64,000 nt of DNA from Candidatus Omnitrophota bacterium (GCA_020343495.1 CP070797.1:1510-65509); one strand, 5' to 3'. Positions 23,101 to 24,963 are shown, numbered from the stretch's first letter. A program made the numbers and translations. The notes: generated by a model from the sequence alone, not told the origin.

Positions 23101-24496
23101 GGGAAACTTGAGGCGCGGCAGAGGCGTATTTGCGGACTCTTATCCACCTATACAACACCCTGCTATCTTCTTCATTTATGGATTTTACTTTTAACCCGAC
23201 GTAGCCTTTCTGTAAATCCGCCGTAGTTCCTTTATATATTGTTTGCGCTTGCCTTTCTTTAAACCCTTGAGAGTAACGCTCAAATATTATCTTATTTGCC
23301 TCGGCAATAACTCTGTAATCATAAACGGTATTTTCTACTATGGGTTTGGAATCGTTGGTTTTAACATAACCGCCCACTGCTATGCAATGTTCAGCTCCCT
23401 TATACACGGAAGAATAAACAAGCTGGTCTACGTCTTCCTCTACGGAAGAGGTATATTTTTTCCCGCGGATAATCAACGCTGCCTCTTTTCCTCCCTTTAC
23501 CATAGCTGAATACTCTATTACACCTCCCCCAAACGCATAATCTTTTGACGAAACTTGCGCATCGCTAATCAGCAACCCTGAACTTGATAAAGACAACTTT
23601 CCTTGGGAATCCAGCTGGGTCGCCCACTTTTCGCTATCAAGAGAGGCCCCTTTAAATTCGTCACAAAAATCAAAAACCTGGTCGGGATTTGATAAATCTT
23701 CAGCGTCTCTATTCCCGTAATAAACGTAAATACTTATTCCCCCTGCCGGTATATGGGGAATCTTTACCCAAACCTTTGCTAACCGGCGAGGTCTTCTGCC
23801 GGTAACTTCTTCAATATAATGAGGCAGCAAGGTCTGGCCGTCGGCAGCAGTAAACCGAACATCGCGAAAATCTGCTCCTATCTCACCCTGGCAATGAAAG
23901 TCTGCCTCTTCTACGACAGCAGACTCTCCCATAGCTAACTTCATCTGATAATTAACTAAAGACGCCGACGTATTACTTATCTCTATCTTTTTTCTATATT
24001 TACACTCACTAAGGTACGGCGCCCCAAACGACCCAACTGTGCCGGCGCTGTCAGTATAACTAATTTTTACCTCATGAAGTTTACTTTCCGCACCGATATA
24101 TGCTTTCCATCTAATTCTCTCCCCGGAAATAAACCCGCCGGTTAAAGGCAGGCCGTTGACTACGGAAGCATAATTATCTCCGTCGTCAGCACTAACTTCT
24201 AAATTAACGCTGCCTTCTGACTTCCAATTTACGGTTATACTTTCAACTTTGCCTTCTGTAACGATAATTTCTCTACACAGGTATTTACCTTGCAAATCTT
24301 TCGGTAAAAGGTAATCGCCTTTGCCGTCTGTCCGCCAAACCAAAGGGGACTTAAAAATTACCGTGTCAGGGTCAGCATACACCGCCGTAATATACCCCAC
24401 CCCTACCGCACACGCTACTAAGAAAATTATAAGCGAGCGAGGTTTAGCCTCAATCAATCTCACTAAAGTTTTTATAAACTTCCTCATCTTCATCAC
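2162..24496 (-). CDS. Giant secreted multidomain protein, 7,444 aa. Contains DUF2341-like and ConA-like head, 6 LamG-type domains, about 30 or more Ig-like domains, four beta-propellers and a C-terminal coiled-coil tail.
   Basis: Single uninterrupted ORF in the track. The N-terminus has a basic n-region plus hydrophobic helix SLIIFLVACAVGVGYITAVYA followed by DP (signal peptide or anchor).

Motifs seen:
- DUF2341-like: KYRKKIEISNTSASLVNYQMKL...VWVKIPHIPAGGISIYVYYGN.
- LamG_3-like: LVGLWHF...DxSGNxxxGT...VDEVAIYNRALS.
- FG-GAP/VCBS-like: DLDNDGKYDLLVG and DVDSDGDMDVLGAA.
- Propeller repeat: SIAIDSNDKVHISYxD...DLKYATNASGSW.
- Many Ig-like units: ...VTATDxxGN...YxGxVHFTSSD....

The tail has acidic coiled-coil segments (KLKEVTDKIEEVSDEIKEEV...). 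I see no LPXTG, PEP-CTERM or T9SS-type C-terminal signal.

Start codon is ambiguous. The track uses GTG at 24494-24496. In-frame ATGs lie at 24491-24493 and 24485-24487, and the GGTGAT Shine-Dalgarno-like string overlaps the GTG, which favours ATG 24487 (MRKFIKTL...). Confidence 0.9.
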   Translation of the reverse strand: MMKMRKFIKTLVRLIEAKPRSLIIFLVACAVGVGYITAVYADPDTVIFKSPLVWRTDGKGDYLLPKDLQGKYLCREIIVTEGKVESITVNWKSEGSVNLEVSADDGDNYASVVNGLPLTGGFISGERIRWKAYIGAESKLHEVKISYTDSAGTVGSFGAPYLSECKYRKKIEISNTSASLVNYQMKLAMGESAVVEEADFHCQGEIGADFRDVRFTAADGQTLLPHYIEEVTGRRPRRLAKVWVKIPHIPAGGISIYVYYGNRDAEDLSNPDQVFDFCDEFKGASLDSEKWATQLDSQGKLSLSSSGLLISDAQVSSKDYAFGGGVIEYSAMVKGGKEAALIIRGKKYTSSVEEDVDQLVYSSVYKGAEHCIAVGGYVKTNDSKPIVENTVYDYRVIAEANKIIFERYSQGFKERQAQTIYKGTTADLQKGYVGLKVKSINEEDSRVLYRWIRVRKYASAAPQVSRGNNPQEEVKLAEFTNTTIKENGNIVLLQGTKDGSYQSAPVKTPFMTRMMNISYELPLNPQEVLRADVSADAGKTFKINCEQAVRYYASKKDFSAGDTLVCRLHFKKEKPQLEVKSIKLEYAPGDIVLLSPNGGEILLAGQTYEIKWSAVEYDYSYPMTLQYSLDSGQTYSVIAEDIENNGSYLWTVPAVASDTAVLRISDGYDASIFDDSDAAFVIKGEAVVSFLDIVPKAEPLKEKVKALPAEEEELVPQELEEEKEEVVEVREEVPEEEIVPLIFGLGFGVTVYNAQTHPQDFYLKDETGKFTPYIFKEVSDDRYEVFMRSKKGIQKYVFTSKGVSLWADEGEGFGEEVRNFKVYVQGKWGIFFWEDLEEEPAELSYEENDDGTVTVYQESSMGTLVAKLGFDGVKYYNKFSFKTDTAQLGYSQARVYWDTVLADESAIKRDASDVKHRVRKKVKRFFFGEREEVVTESVSNEVFGDVIVDWKDFKESKLSEKEKETRAQRLEARSRNNPHRADTSRVWFYEGGKRGEIEIDPTLTNPTPSAVMSIETGGRGSSDFKLVFKEVDGGISEFRKGTGASWSGNFGSATELITELDQGAEVQVNQASYLKLLEASPSRIKIENKFSLGAEADVYEEWTVYPTGKIVKCIKYEKLLEGTETRKVDDAFTDYIASGMYGYYGETPETTRDHETTYYDNQILKIIGVDTGEITDYQSPSVPTVTTGTLETAMLGDADNDGFNESEGAYEIRSGLDNKFVFSLDGTIQTTYKPVFKIHDVYPISPAGSHILAHYRCDETAGTAVDNAEGTETRDATASKDLVNITTTDAKRGTAFNIDEDGESLTVSSAELMSDWLKGTIEFWYKPAYKFADSQGGSKYLFGSDTSGTANAIWVRVYDDGTEATLEFGVKGATLESSTTITETQDPLWEADEWVHLRFVWDDTAADVCKIYYNGRYITQTHTNADCAMGALAKDLVLGTCVDEGLVDHILDEIYIYNDAILPYGAFHSDFANSFAHPHPDLTFYDGMDSTTDGADYTVGVDSRIQSATTVVSGINGSGIQFNAAGDYQMFSTTSNLKETVGSLGMWVKSSSPDNPVADEYLLYGGGGFNLYYNSSGMLTFKFGAAQSVQDTADTYDGKWHWVKIAWDYNNDTYVLYVDGIAKGIDTTALSPSGIGSNFYIGNSSSTNANFNGIIDELYITSSSFSPEVQTAFGKPVKQPQLETDAGLKAVVTDYNCANSLSASTYTIQYLSDITTEENFTIADDPAATTGSYALTDPTDIIAGGARAPYTVTRYDLDGEPRISGVETVYLYTTSGSANARFYDAVTGGIDITDTGIVIREGQSSANFWYYDDEAGDQTITASDNPTEYDGDIGADDVSDVLTVKANIHTGFEVSGLPETIPVGTPSDVTVRAVDTHGNTNYDYTGEIHFTSSDTEAELPVELPETYWFVAPETYTQSSEIDFRAGEPFQTTVSVSGEEAGVKLGSYGTWEGAVPAVVYSPGDAGSWTSLAVDSQGNLHIAYRDGSASGIRYSTNASGDWVDTLIYSGGDIQYPSIAIDSNDKVHISFCHDYYWPGKVYHSTNASGGWVTTLVVQIYSHRPRYSSIAIDSNDKTHIAYYDVDQSDLEYVTNVSGEWVNTILDSSGRVGEYPSIAIDSNDKVHISYRDRTNYDLKYATNTSGDWVTTSIDTGGDVGQWTSLVLDSNDKLHISYFDESNDDLKYATNASGSWVATAMDSPGDLGRYGTSIVLDSDDKVYICYFDNSNRDLKYLTNASGLWEGAVIDSTGDVGKYASIAVDSNHIVHTSYYDDDNNDLKCASQKIIYYPSGMFTSSEKDLGQVCWLSAISWDADTPEGTSVKFQVASKPQDGEWTEFLGPGAAVDSYYTTPGQAISSAHRNHRYVKYRAYLERLPETSDTPILKGVTISYQYEGLAGIGKVTFPAAEGRGVTLKTKGEQTVTVTDTQNSDLTGSQSVEVEVTYLDFSRYSITTSSTQTAGLGWSETLRAVDSYGNTISDYPDTVMTLSNTGKAKFYTDQTETTETAVHTLSGGQGKIYIKDIYAETITITATDGTNSVTSGPITINPTSEPMVTLEVNDIDDPFVAGTQSDVVVYAKDANGYITNDYKGKVHFTSSDPKALLPEDFWFVTPVTEALDVSAQGKVTLQGTAGWSDPVVLASVGDGHIYPSLAFDSNNHAHICYYNNDGTIRYATDASGTWQFVKIGSCSGGIPSLAVDNNNKVHISYYYNYGLIYTTNVSGSWRNIGLGGGYYDRRGEHSSIVVDSNNKVHIAIYRAHDDHNLEYASTITGGWTLTTLDSIGNVGAYPSIAIDSNNKLHISYYDSTDGNLKYITNASGSWQSVSVDITGTVGQWTSIALDSNDKVHISYFDNSNDDLKYATNASGNWVTTSIDTAGNKGYYTSIALDSNDKVHISYFNEDNDDLKYATNASGSWKTSTLDSPGDMGRYGTSIAVDSNDMVHIAYFDNTNNKLKYIRQGTIYPASGSYVSEVKDLGQDCSFTRISWDADTPAGTSVKLQVATSADNVEWTEFSGQAAAQAGLVGLWHFDTDNNTDTTVVDSSGNSYTGTIDGATWSSNGKLGTATYNALSFNGDDYVNVEDASSLRLGKNMTVAAWVKVNANASDWVRLVGKGNSTYRNYGLWLNKSGTVLFQVFSAGGNGGVQTTETVNDGNWHHVAGTYDGSNLKVYIDGKLLKTGAYSQIPHTSSHPLTIGYATFHTYLNGLLDEVAVYNRALSASEILQYSGYYTVSGASIPSFHDGHRYIKYKAILESTDDLVAPTLNDVRVSYQYEGLAGAGAMVFSAAKGEGVILRTVGEQSVTATDTQDSNITGTKDEITVTGLGLNHYEITTSTPQNVGEGWPETIRVSDAYGNTVTSYPDTTLTLTNTGWAKFYTDESCAPEKETTTYTMSSGTVKIYVKDTEAETITVNATDGTRSVASGSIVVDPSTEPVVYLEVKGIPDSVVAGTASSVTVSAKDANGNTTSDYSGKIHFTSSDTQRILPEDYWFVVPQQWTETSDADFDGVRKQTVVAGTGDEAVLTSGVAPGWVRNSSWDTADIGYRATPAFADLNNDGKYDLIIGRDGGNCYAYRNTGSQTSPVWTRNSSWDVPDIGSWATPAFADLDNDGKYDLLVGEYYGKSYAYRNTGSQTSPVWTRNSSWDVPDIGYRAAPAIVDLDNDGKYDLMVGEDYGRCFGYRNTGSQTSPVWTRNSSWDIPDIGSNTSPAFTDLDNDGKYDLLVGESGGRCYAYKNTGSQTSPVWTRDSSWDMPDIGSRAAPAFADLNNDGDDDLLIGEYYGKCYGYRTPKYFSSGTYTSQMEDLGQGCWFSGISWNAYKPGGTSLKLQIASSSDNVNWTEFLGPDGVSNSGLVGVWHMDNSWEDGSENKNCGVAYNGATFTASAKLGSHAGSFNGDNSYVDIPNNSSLENVQEGNYTLEAWYRPRIVPPGTGSDNNAYQGIVMKTGWHIGLRYGYDKRFVMVHLLTGDVWEGATTSNTFNPGLFYHVVGVVDKSAGTTKIYVNGNLEGTNTFTPGTAAREYGTTPWHIGIGNPGASTYRWPADGAIDEVAIYARALTDPEILQHYKNGVRPVYTTSGKDISLVHNNHQYIKYKAILESDNVTPPQLRDVTIRYQNSSCPGAGTVVFSAAKDNGVTLKTMGTQWVKAEDTEDGNISGMQSDITVTHSSIDYYTVTAQTMPNPTAGVTWSETVTAYDGYGNKAVTASLPVTMSNKGSAKFYTDITGTTEQAANTYNLVNGEVTIYVKDTVAENINITATDTNGKTGRSNTITVNPAVPDHITLTGASTVTAGEVSGAIVITSYDEFNNESNVTQDTVFDLTSIPAAGEEGTPKFYRDAGGADVDEILNSTIPAAESTATFYYKNTLAKTYTLRANRTSGDSLGLALHSITVDPAQVNYYTITTNTPQVVGEEWTETIKAYDQFTNLATNATKPVTIISSTGNVKFYKDESYEATTIIYSFTEGVAKAYIKDNVVEEVFLTIEDKDDITASTGYISVEAGDISYYEVTTHTPQTIGVGWQETVTAKDKYGNTVASAAVAIAPSSNGDAQFYTNDSYDTIAVFYNLSGGTATVFAKDATPEIITISVTDYDYSGASSPIVVGSGEEVVSLKVEGIPSSINAGTPSDITVTALDASNNITANYTGKIQFSSTDAQAVLPENYWFVVPEEWRQSSDTEFKSGASGPALGTQVRGTGEAAELSLYSVAIPTTKNVIDGEFVGAIDVYAADVDSDGDMDVLGAAREADDIAWWENDGAQNFTKHIIDGGFDGAHSVYAVDVDSDGDMDVLGAAANTDDIAWWENDGLQNFTKHVIDGNFNYACSVYAIDVDSDGDMDVLGAAVYDHDIAWYENDGEQNFTKHFVDSYFYYVRDVYAIDVDKDGDIDVLGVSEGWDDIAWYENDGNQSFTKHNIDTYFDCGYSIYATDVDRDGDIDVLGAALYHDAIAWWENNGAQSFTKHTIDGGFDGAIDVYATDIDGDGDIDVLGSAAYADDVAWYENDGMQSFTKHVIDGGFDHTWGIYAADIDSDGDTDILGSAYYARDIAWWESKTLYSTSGTFTSSIKNLEQPAWFSGISWNADVPEDTSIKFLIASSTLPDTGWTEFVGPGEGDAQTDLIPGLVGLWHFNEGSGMSAQDSSPSNNTGTLVNTPVWIAGKFGRALNFDGTSDYVNISPINMNGDRTMAAWVKFPLPTTAQGWRTLFQRQGGTYHHIIWDSSGNIGCYNNSWSSSGYNTNSLSAGWHHIAAISSGGTTKFYIDGNYVSTANTQITQDLSRIGNHTDSQNVGSVDEVAIFNRAVTPDEIEDLAAGEVGTDVSGLYYTISGQDISSVHNNHKYIKYQAIMTSADNTITPTLKDVTIHYQTADCLGAGYVTFSVSKGNGVILKTVGEQSVTVEDPENEISGLHNPDPITVGPSSVIKRYEVTCDTDQDAGTGWEVTVTAYDPYGNIVTTDSETEVIMSNEDNEGNEGNAQFYIDESYLQLKTPARYGLIDGVATVYVKNNVAETITIIAKDDNGVRGYSDPITTKPGPAAIIELSGPAAVVVDEVSGAFIITAQDIVSNDTLVENDELFELSSDSQGEELFYLDAGGMVEATTVTMYAGTGTATFYYKDTKVASPSVTAKWISGGDEDLGYDSYSIAVTPADAAQLQITSDALNQAAGVQGAITVEVQDIHGNPQSDGSFTVNLASNSQAVDPQEYHFYQTGTQTATTSITIPAGTSSVAVDYYDEKAGNPTITVTDAAGNLDPYEQAQTIIPADAEKLVITTDPLSLEAGLPGTMNVEIQDGFGNPQPQGIYLVVPAREYPLPDFNYFYEEGTTTPMNSKTALNGESYVRFDYYDEEPGTPKVIVQAAGLTSDEQVHTIIPATASRLRIISSAFTLTAGTQGTITVEVQDTFGSPQSEGFVEVNLSSDSQATPPEQEYHFYQTGTQTELADSSIAIPDGVSSVTVDYYDEKAGSPAITVTDAAGDLDSHEQAQTVIPADAEKLVITNPALTLNAGEPGTMSVQVQDRFDNPQALGLYTIELETSSNGIFYNTGTTSPPGGLGMINIDSGVDTVSFDYYDDDPGTPLITVSDTAVPGLTSDTQTETIVPAPASYLIVTGNSSMAAGSENELTIRAYDVLDNLVDSGPNNYTDEKQLTFSGPNPAPAAVPEVEGVPLGTPTPIMFSNGVSVAGGATLIAYKAEITTVDVSDGTVNSFASEDRDLDLEVIAGVAVDVRITGPETIDAGVISGPFYIIAQDPGTNDATVSSETAFILDSDSGSDEKMFYRDPFGMNPTIQIEILVGESQSAPFYYSDTEASDLKPEKTTITAIRSSGDSLEAGSYTFTVKPDDAVKLQISDLSQSITAGAPNDITVTLYDQHDNRASGYSGTVRFECSDAKATLPLNYTFVMADAGSHTFSGGITFRTTTTDSQHRVTVVDTEQPMLTDTQEDISVTAAPAEYFRFTGGDNTMRATETNELQVTAYDEFHNVATVYEGPKALTFTSGPANSPSGAIPTIKGVEFVDGSASVGSVNFTQGVSDAGALTLVCYNVEDVSLEVTQGVVTTIGDETRNIDISVSSGLTDSFALLTSPEDIDYIVAGTSVKYTLTRYDAYLNPQTIDEDRVYLYTTSDGTAASFKDTEGNVVTTRSIQNGSSTVDFWYYDEKTSREEPGYWTITVSDAVPADGDDGIDDASDDITVMPAVENYFGITADTSTMKAGDTKTITITTYDQYNNVVTDYEGDKTLKFNGPGSSPDDQEIPPTAENNTQVQVPFNQGTILTFVRGVTTTIIRLYKAETTSVQAEEGVVKTRSTTDLDVVVYGGVGSKLSWDADNLPKSITAVNAIWAPFVIKVSDAYGNLSSASDEVTVEPSAGSFGADATTKVTAVNGLARFSNITYPEATASLTIVGSSVGLDSTVPSGNIVVESGYSVTWEARDSVFGNPLIEIKLEIIQGKIKLDTIERQGEEPFELFLPYGKYTFNFVKDAYVPTQIEKLVGVSADGVDGKYDNKISWTIFVMSVAESLADYRVLSDFAYDERSDTLTATMRLEKRGQQIVTSDINALGLATVLIYDGDTLIGTLTDPEADEQGNYWYRVENVVEGIDGLPPQGLNQMLVSGKTYFARCSIGYGGTSGDKVTYYSGTTFTITVTEKLKEVTDKIEEVSDEIKEEVIGVREHVTAESEVTRETIRQEEEVTREVVEEEAEEVKSTVVSKAEEIKVDTAEILTATTETLPSFITETVVSGVQPHIKSGILNRETTVRSGGSLAVRYRTKTGLVPSIDVYDAMNKAVVSKGIMKETTPGSGIYEFDVEFLTQWGIGDFSIICAEETLGTTDAMVITASEYDIADVASTTAAILGTTSRLSEFAQAAEGIESQINMIESALAQIINLEKGVGVDEDISEMEEAIEYIFTQLSHISKQIKALGATEDIDLEKVYEVSKEKKEDMTYLKNKTEELKATMDLSKKMIENVANKPVTQVWFEFR
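6265..7620 (-). repeat. A-B-A'-B' duplication of a two-Ig-domain unit (~225 aa, 675 bp) in the giant gene
   Basis: The ~200-bp stretches 6590-6800 and 7264-7470 are ~90% identical by eye. Protein A: ITSDALNQAAGVQGAITVEVQDIHGNPQ...YHFYQTGTQT...VDYYDEKAGNPTITVTDAAGNLD. Protein A': ISSAFTLTAGTQGTITVEVQDTFGSPQ...YHFYQTGTQT...VDYYDEKAGSPAITVTDAAGDLD. Confidence 0.8.
8310..10725 (-). other. Supermodule 4: split Ig-like domain enclosing a 7-repeat FG-GAP/VCBS-type propeller and a LamG-split beta-sandwich
   Basis: - Ig N-half: GTPSDITVTALDASNNITANYTGKIQFSSTDAQAVLPENYWFVVP.
- Propeller: 9400-10425.
- Sandwich N-part: ISWNADVPEDTSIKFLIASSTLPDTGWTEFVG.
- LamG (~8640-9200): LVGLWHFNEGSG...VAIFNRAVTPDEI.
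- Sandwich C-part: YYTISGQDISSVHNNHKYIKYQAIMTS...VTIHYQ.
- Ig C-half: GAGYVTFSVSKGNGVILKTVGEQSVTVEDPENEISG. Confidence 0.55.
9400..10425 (-). repeat. Seven tandem ~138-bp (46-aa) FG-GAP/VCBS-type repeats
   Basis: VYAADVDSDGDMDVLGAAxxxDDIAWWENDGxQNFTKHxIDGxF occurs seven times. The DNA period of 138 bp is visible, for example gatgtcatcag at 10153 and 10291. Confidence 0.85.
12030..14220 (-). other. Supermodule 3: split Ig-like domain enclosing an FG-GAP repeat block and a LamG-split beta-sandwich
   Basis: - Ig N-half: GTASSVTVSAKDANGNTTSDYSGKIHFTSSDTQRILPEDYWFVVP.
- FG-GAP block: 13165-13945.
- Sandwich N-part: ISWNAYKPGGTSLKLQIASSSDNVNWTEFLG.
- LamG (~12340-12985): LVGVWHMDNSWEDGS...VAIYARALTDPEI.
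- Sandwich C-part: VYTTSGKDISLVHNNHQYIKYKAILES...VTIRYQ.
- Ig C-half: GAGTVVFSAAKDNGVTLKTMGTQWVKAEDTEDGNISGMQSDITVT. Confidence 0.55.
13165..13945 (-). repeat. Five tandem 159-bp (53-aa) FG-GAP-type repeats. The inner three are nearly identical at DNA level.
   Basis: The string tcccagcttg (tcccatgaag in the outermost copy) recurs at 13272, 13431, 13590, 13749 and 13908, exactly 159 bp apart. Protein unit: RNTGSQTSPVWTRNSSWDVPDIGxxAxPAFADLDNDGKYDLLVGEYYGKSYAY. Confidence 0.9.
14550..16850 (-). other. Supermodule 2: split Ig-like domain enclosing a 7-blade propeller and a beta-sandwich that is itself split by a LamG domain
   Basis: - Ig N-half: GTQSDVVVYAKDANGYITNDYKGKVHFTSSDPKALLPEDFWFVTP.
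- Propeller: 15640-16612.
- Sandwich N-part: ISWDADTPAGTSVKLQVATSADNVEWTEFSG.
- LamG (~14850-15455): LVGLWHFDTDNN...VAVYNRALSASEI.
- Sandwich C-part: YYTVSGASIPSFHDGHRYIKYKAILES...VRVSYQY.
- Ig C-half: GAGAMVFSAAKGEGVILRTVGEQSVTATDTQDSNITGTKDEITVT. Confidence 0.55.
15640..16612 (-). repeat. Seven ~46-aa beta-propeller-type repeats (propeller B), same family as propeller A
   Basis: SLAFDSNNHAHICY, SLAVDNNNKVHISY, SIVVDSNNKVHIAI, SIAIDSNNKLHISY, SIALDSNDKVHISY (twice), SIAVDSNDMVHIAY. Confidence 0.7.
17185..18950 (-). other. Supermodule 1 of the giant protein: split Ig-like domain enclosing a 7-blade propeller and an uninterrupted beta-sandwich
   Basis: - Ig N-half: GTPSDVTVRAVDTHGNTNYDYTGEIHFTSSDTEAELP...YWFVAP.
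- Propeller: 17660-18650.
- Sandwich (~17330-17650): ISWDADTPEGTSVKFQVAS...WTEFLGPGAAVDSYYTTPGQAISSAHRNHRYVKYRAYL...VTISYQY.
- Ig C-half: GIGKVTFPAAEGRGVTLKTKGEQTVTVTDTQNSDLTGSQSVEVEV. Confidence 0.55.
17660..18650 (-). repeat. Seven ~46-aa beta-propeller-type repeats (propeller A)
   Basis: SLAVDSQGNLHIAY, SIAIDSNDKVHISF, SIAIDSNDKTHIAY, SIAIDSNDKVHISY, SLVLDSNDKLHISY, SIVLDSDDKVYICY, SIAVDSNHIVHTSY. Each is followed by xxDLKYATNASGxW. I did not recognise the family name. Confidence 0.7.
19480..20740 (-). other. Two consecutive LamG-type (concanavalin-like) domains in the giant protein
   Basis: First domain: HYRCDETAGTAVDNAEG...IEFWYKP...WVHLRFVWDD...KIYYNGRY...ILDEIYIYNDAI. Second domain: INGSGIQFNAAGDYQMF...GMWVKSS...WHWVKIAWDY...LYVDGIAKG...IIDELYITSS. 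Confidence 0.6.
23130..24300 (-). other. Head of the giant protein: small beta-sandwich, DUF2341-like domain, ConA/LamG-like domain
   Basis: - ~24050-24300: ITVNWKSEGSVNLEVSADDGDNYASVVNG...RIRWKAYIGAESKLHEVKISY.
- ~23680-24010: KYRKKIEISN...IYVYYGNRDAEDL.
- ~23130-23680: FCDEFKGASLDSEKWAT...GYVGLKVKS...YRWIRVRKY.

The same order occurs in the paralog at 1-2062. Confidence 0.6.
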
Positions 24497-24502
24497 CTTT
24501 TC

Positions 24503-24799
24503 TTAGTTCACGAACCAAAACCGCGTATTGCGTTTTGAATCAAACATCCAGGAACCAGAACTAAAAACCCAATGCCGGGAATCAAAAATCTTACATTCGG
24601 TATCTAATATATCTGACCGGGGATTTAAAATCCAACACCCCGACTCCGACATTGACGAAAGAGGATCAACAATCCAGCAGCCGGGATCAAAAATCCAGTA
24701 TCTAGCAATAGATATAGAAGATTTATACCTTCGCAGAATACTATCCCACGAAGGGAAATGGAAAAGCTTCAAAATTACAAACATTTTAATTCCTGACAT
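24503..24799 (-). CDS. Candidate 98-aa Trp/Cys-containing heptad-repeat protein. Its stop lies 6 nt upstream of the giant-gene start (translational coupling).
   Basis: - The ATG at 24797-24799 follows AAAAAGGAGAAAAAT (GGAG at 24806-24809, 6-nt spacer).
- It lies about 30 nt downstream of a TGnTATAAT promoter.
- Eight consecutive heptads: YWIFDPG CWIVDPL SSMSESG CWILNPR SDILDTE CKIFDSR HWVFSSG SWMFDSK.
- Substitutions between copies are conservative at protein level (I/V/M, F/V/L, D/N/S, P/S).
- The stop TAA (24503-24505) sits just before the giant-gene SD/start.

Caveat: both strands are open here, and the repeat can also be read as a DNA palindrome. Confidence 0.5.
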   Translation of the reverse strand: MSGIKMFVILKLFHFPSWDSILRRYKSSISIARYWIFDPGCWIVDPLSSMSESGCWILNPRSDILDTECKIFDSRHWVFSSGSWMFDSKRNTRFWFVN

Positions 24800-24834
24800 A
24801 TTTTTCTCCTTTTTATTACCAGTTGAGCAATTTA

Positions 24835-24864
24835 ATTATACCATTTACAAAGTTGTAGCCACAA
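24835..24864 (-). promoter_or_regulatory. Predicted sigma70-type promoter with extended -10, for the small ORF plus giant-gene unit
   Basis: Sense strand: TTGTGG (24859-24864), 18-nt spacer, TGgTATAAT (24835-24843; perfect TATAAT with TGn). The other two promoters predicted in this window also carry TGn. Confidence 0.5.
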
Positions 24865-24963
24865 TCCGTAAACCTACTTAAAGTTTATGCACAAACTACC
24901 TTATATTTATATACTTTATACTCTATACTTTTTTAAATTTTTTATAAAATATACACCAATAGG

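Noticed and set aside
2162-24496. Giant ORF as an assembly artefact produced by repeat-driven misjoining
   Set aside because: The four supermodules and most Ig units are clearly diverged from each other at DNA level. The frame is continuous across all junctions, and a paralogous head follows in tandem. Only the 159-bp array (13165-13945) is similar enough to be at risk, and it is flagged separately.
2835-24506. About 25 plus-strand ORFs of 60-122 aa inside the giant gene (for example 2835-3194, 4280-4645, 10886-11254, 13438-13725, 15971-16171, 17990-18196)
   Set aside because: All are fully contained in the 22-kb minus-strand ORF. Their translations are low-complexity mirrors of the repeats (S/T/L/I-rich), and none has an SD. 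They are antisense shadow ORFs.
24528-24881. Plus-strand 117-aa ORF across the giant-gene upstream region
   Set aside because: It is the antisense shadow of the repeat array, which is open on both strands. It has a non-ATG start with no SD, it overlaps the predicted minus-strand promoter, and no other plus-strand gene exists in the window.
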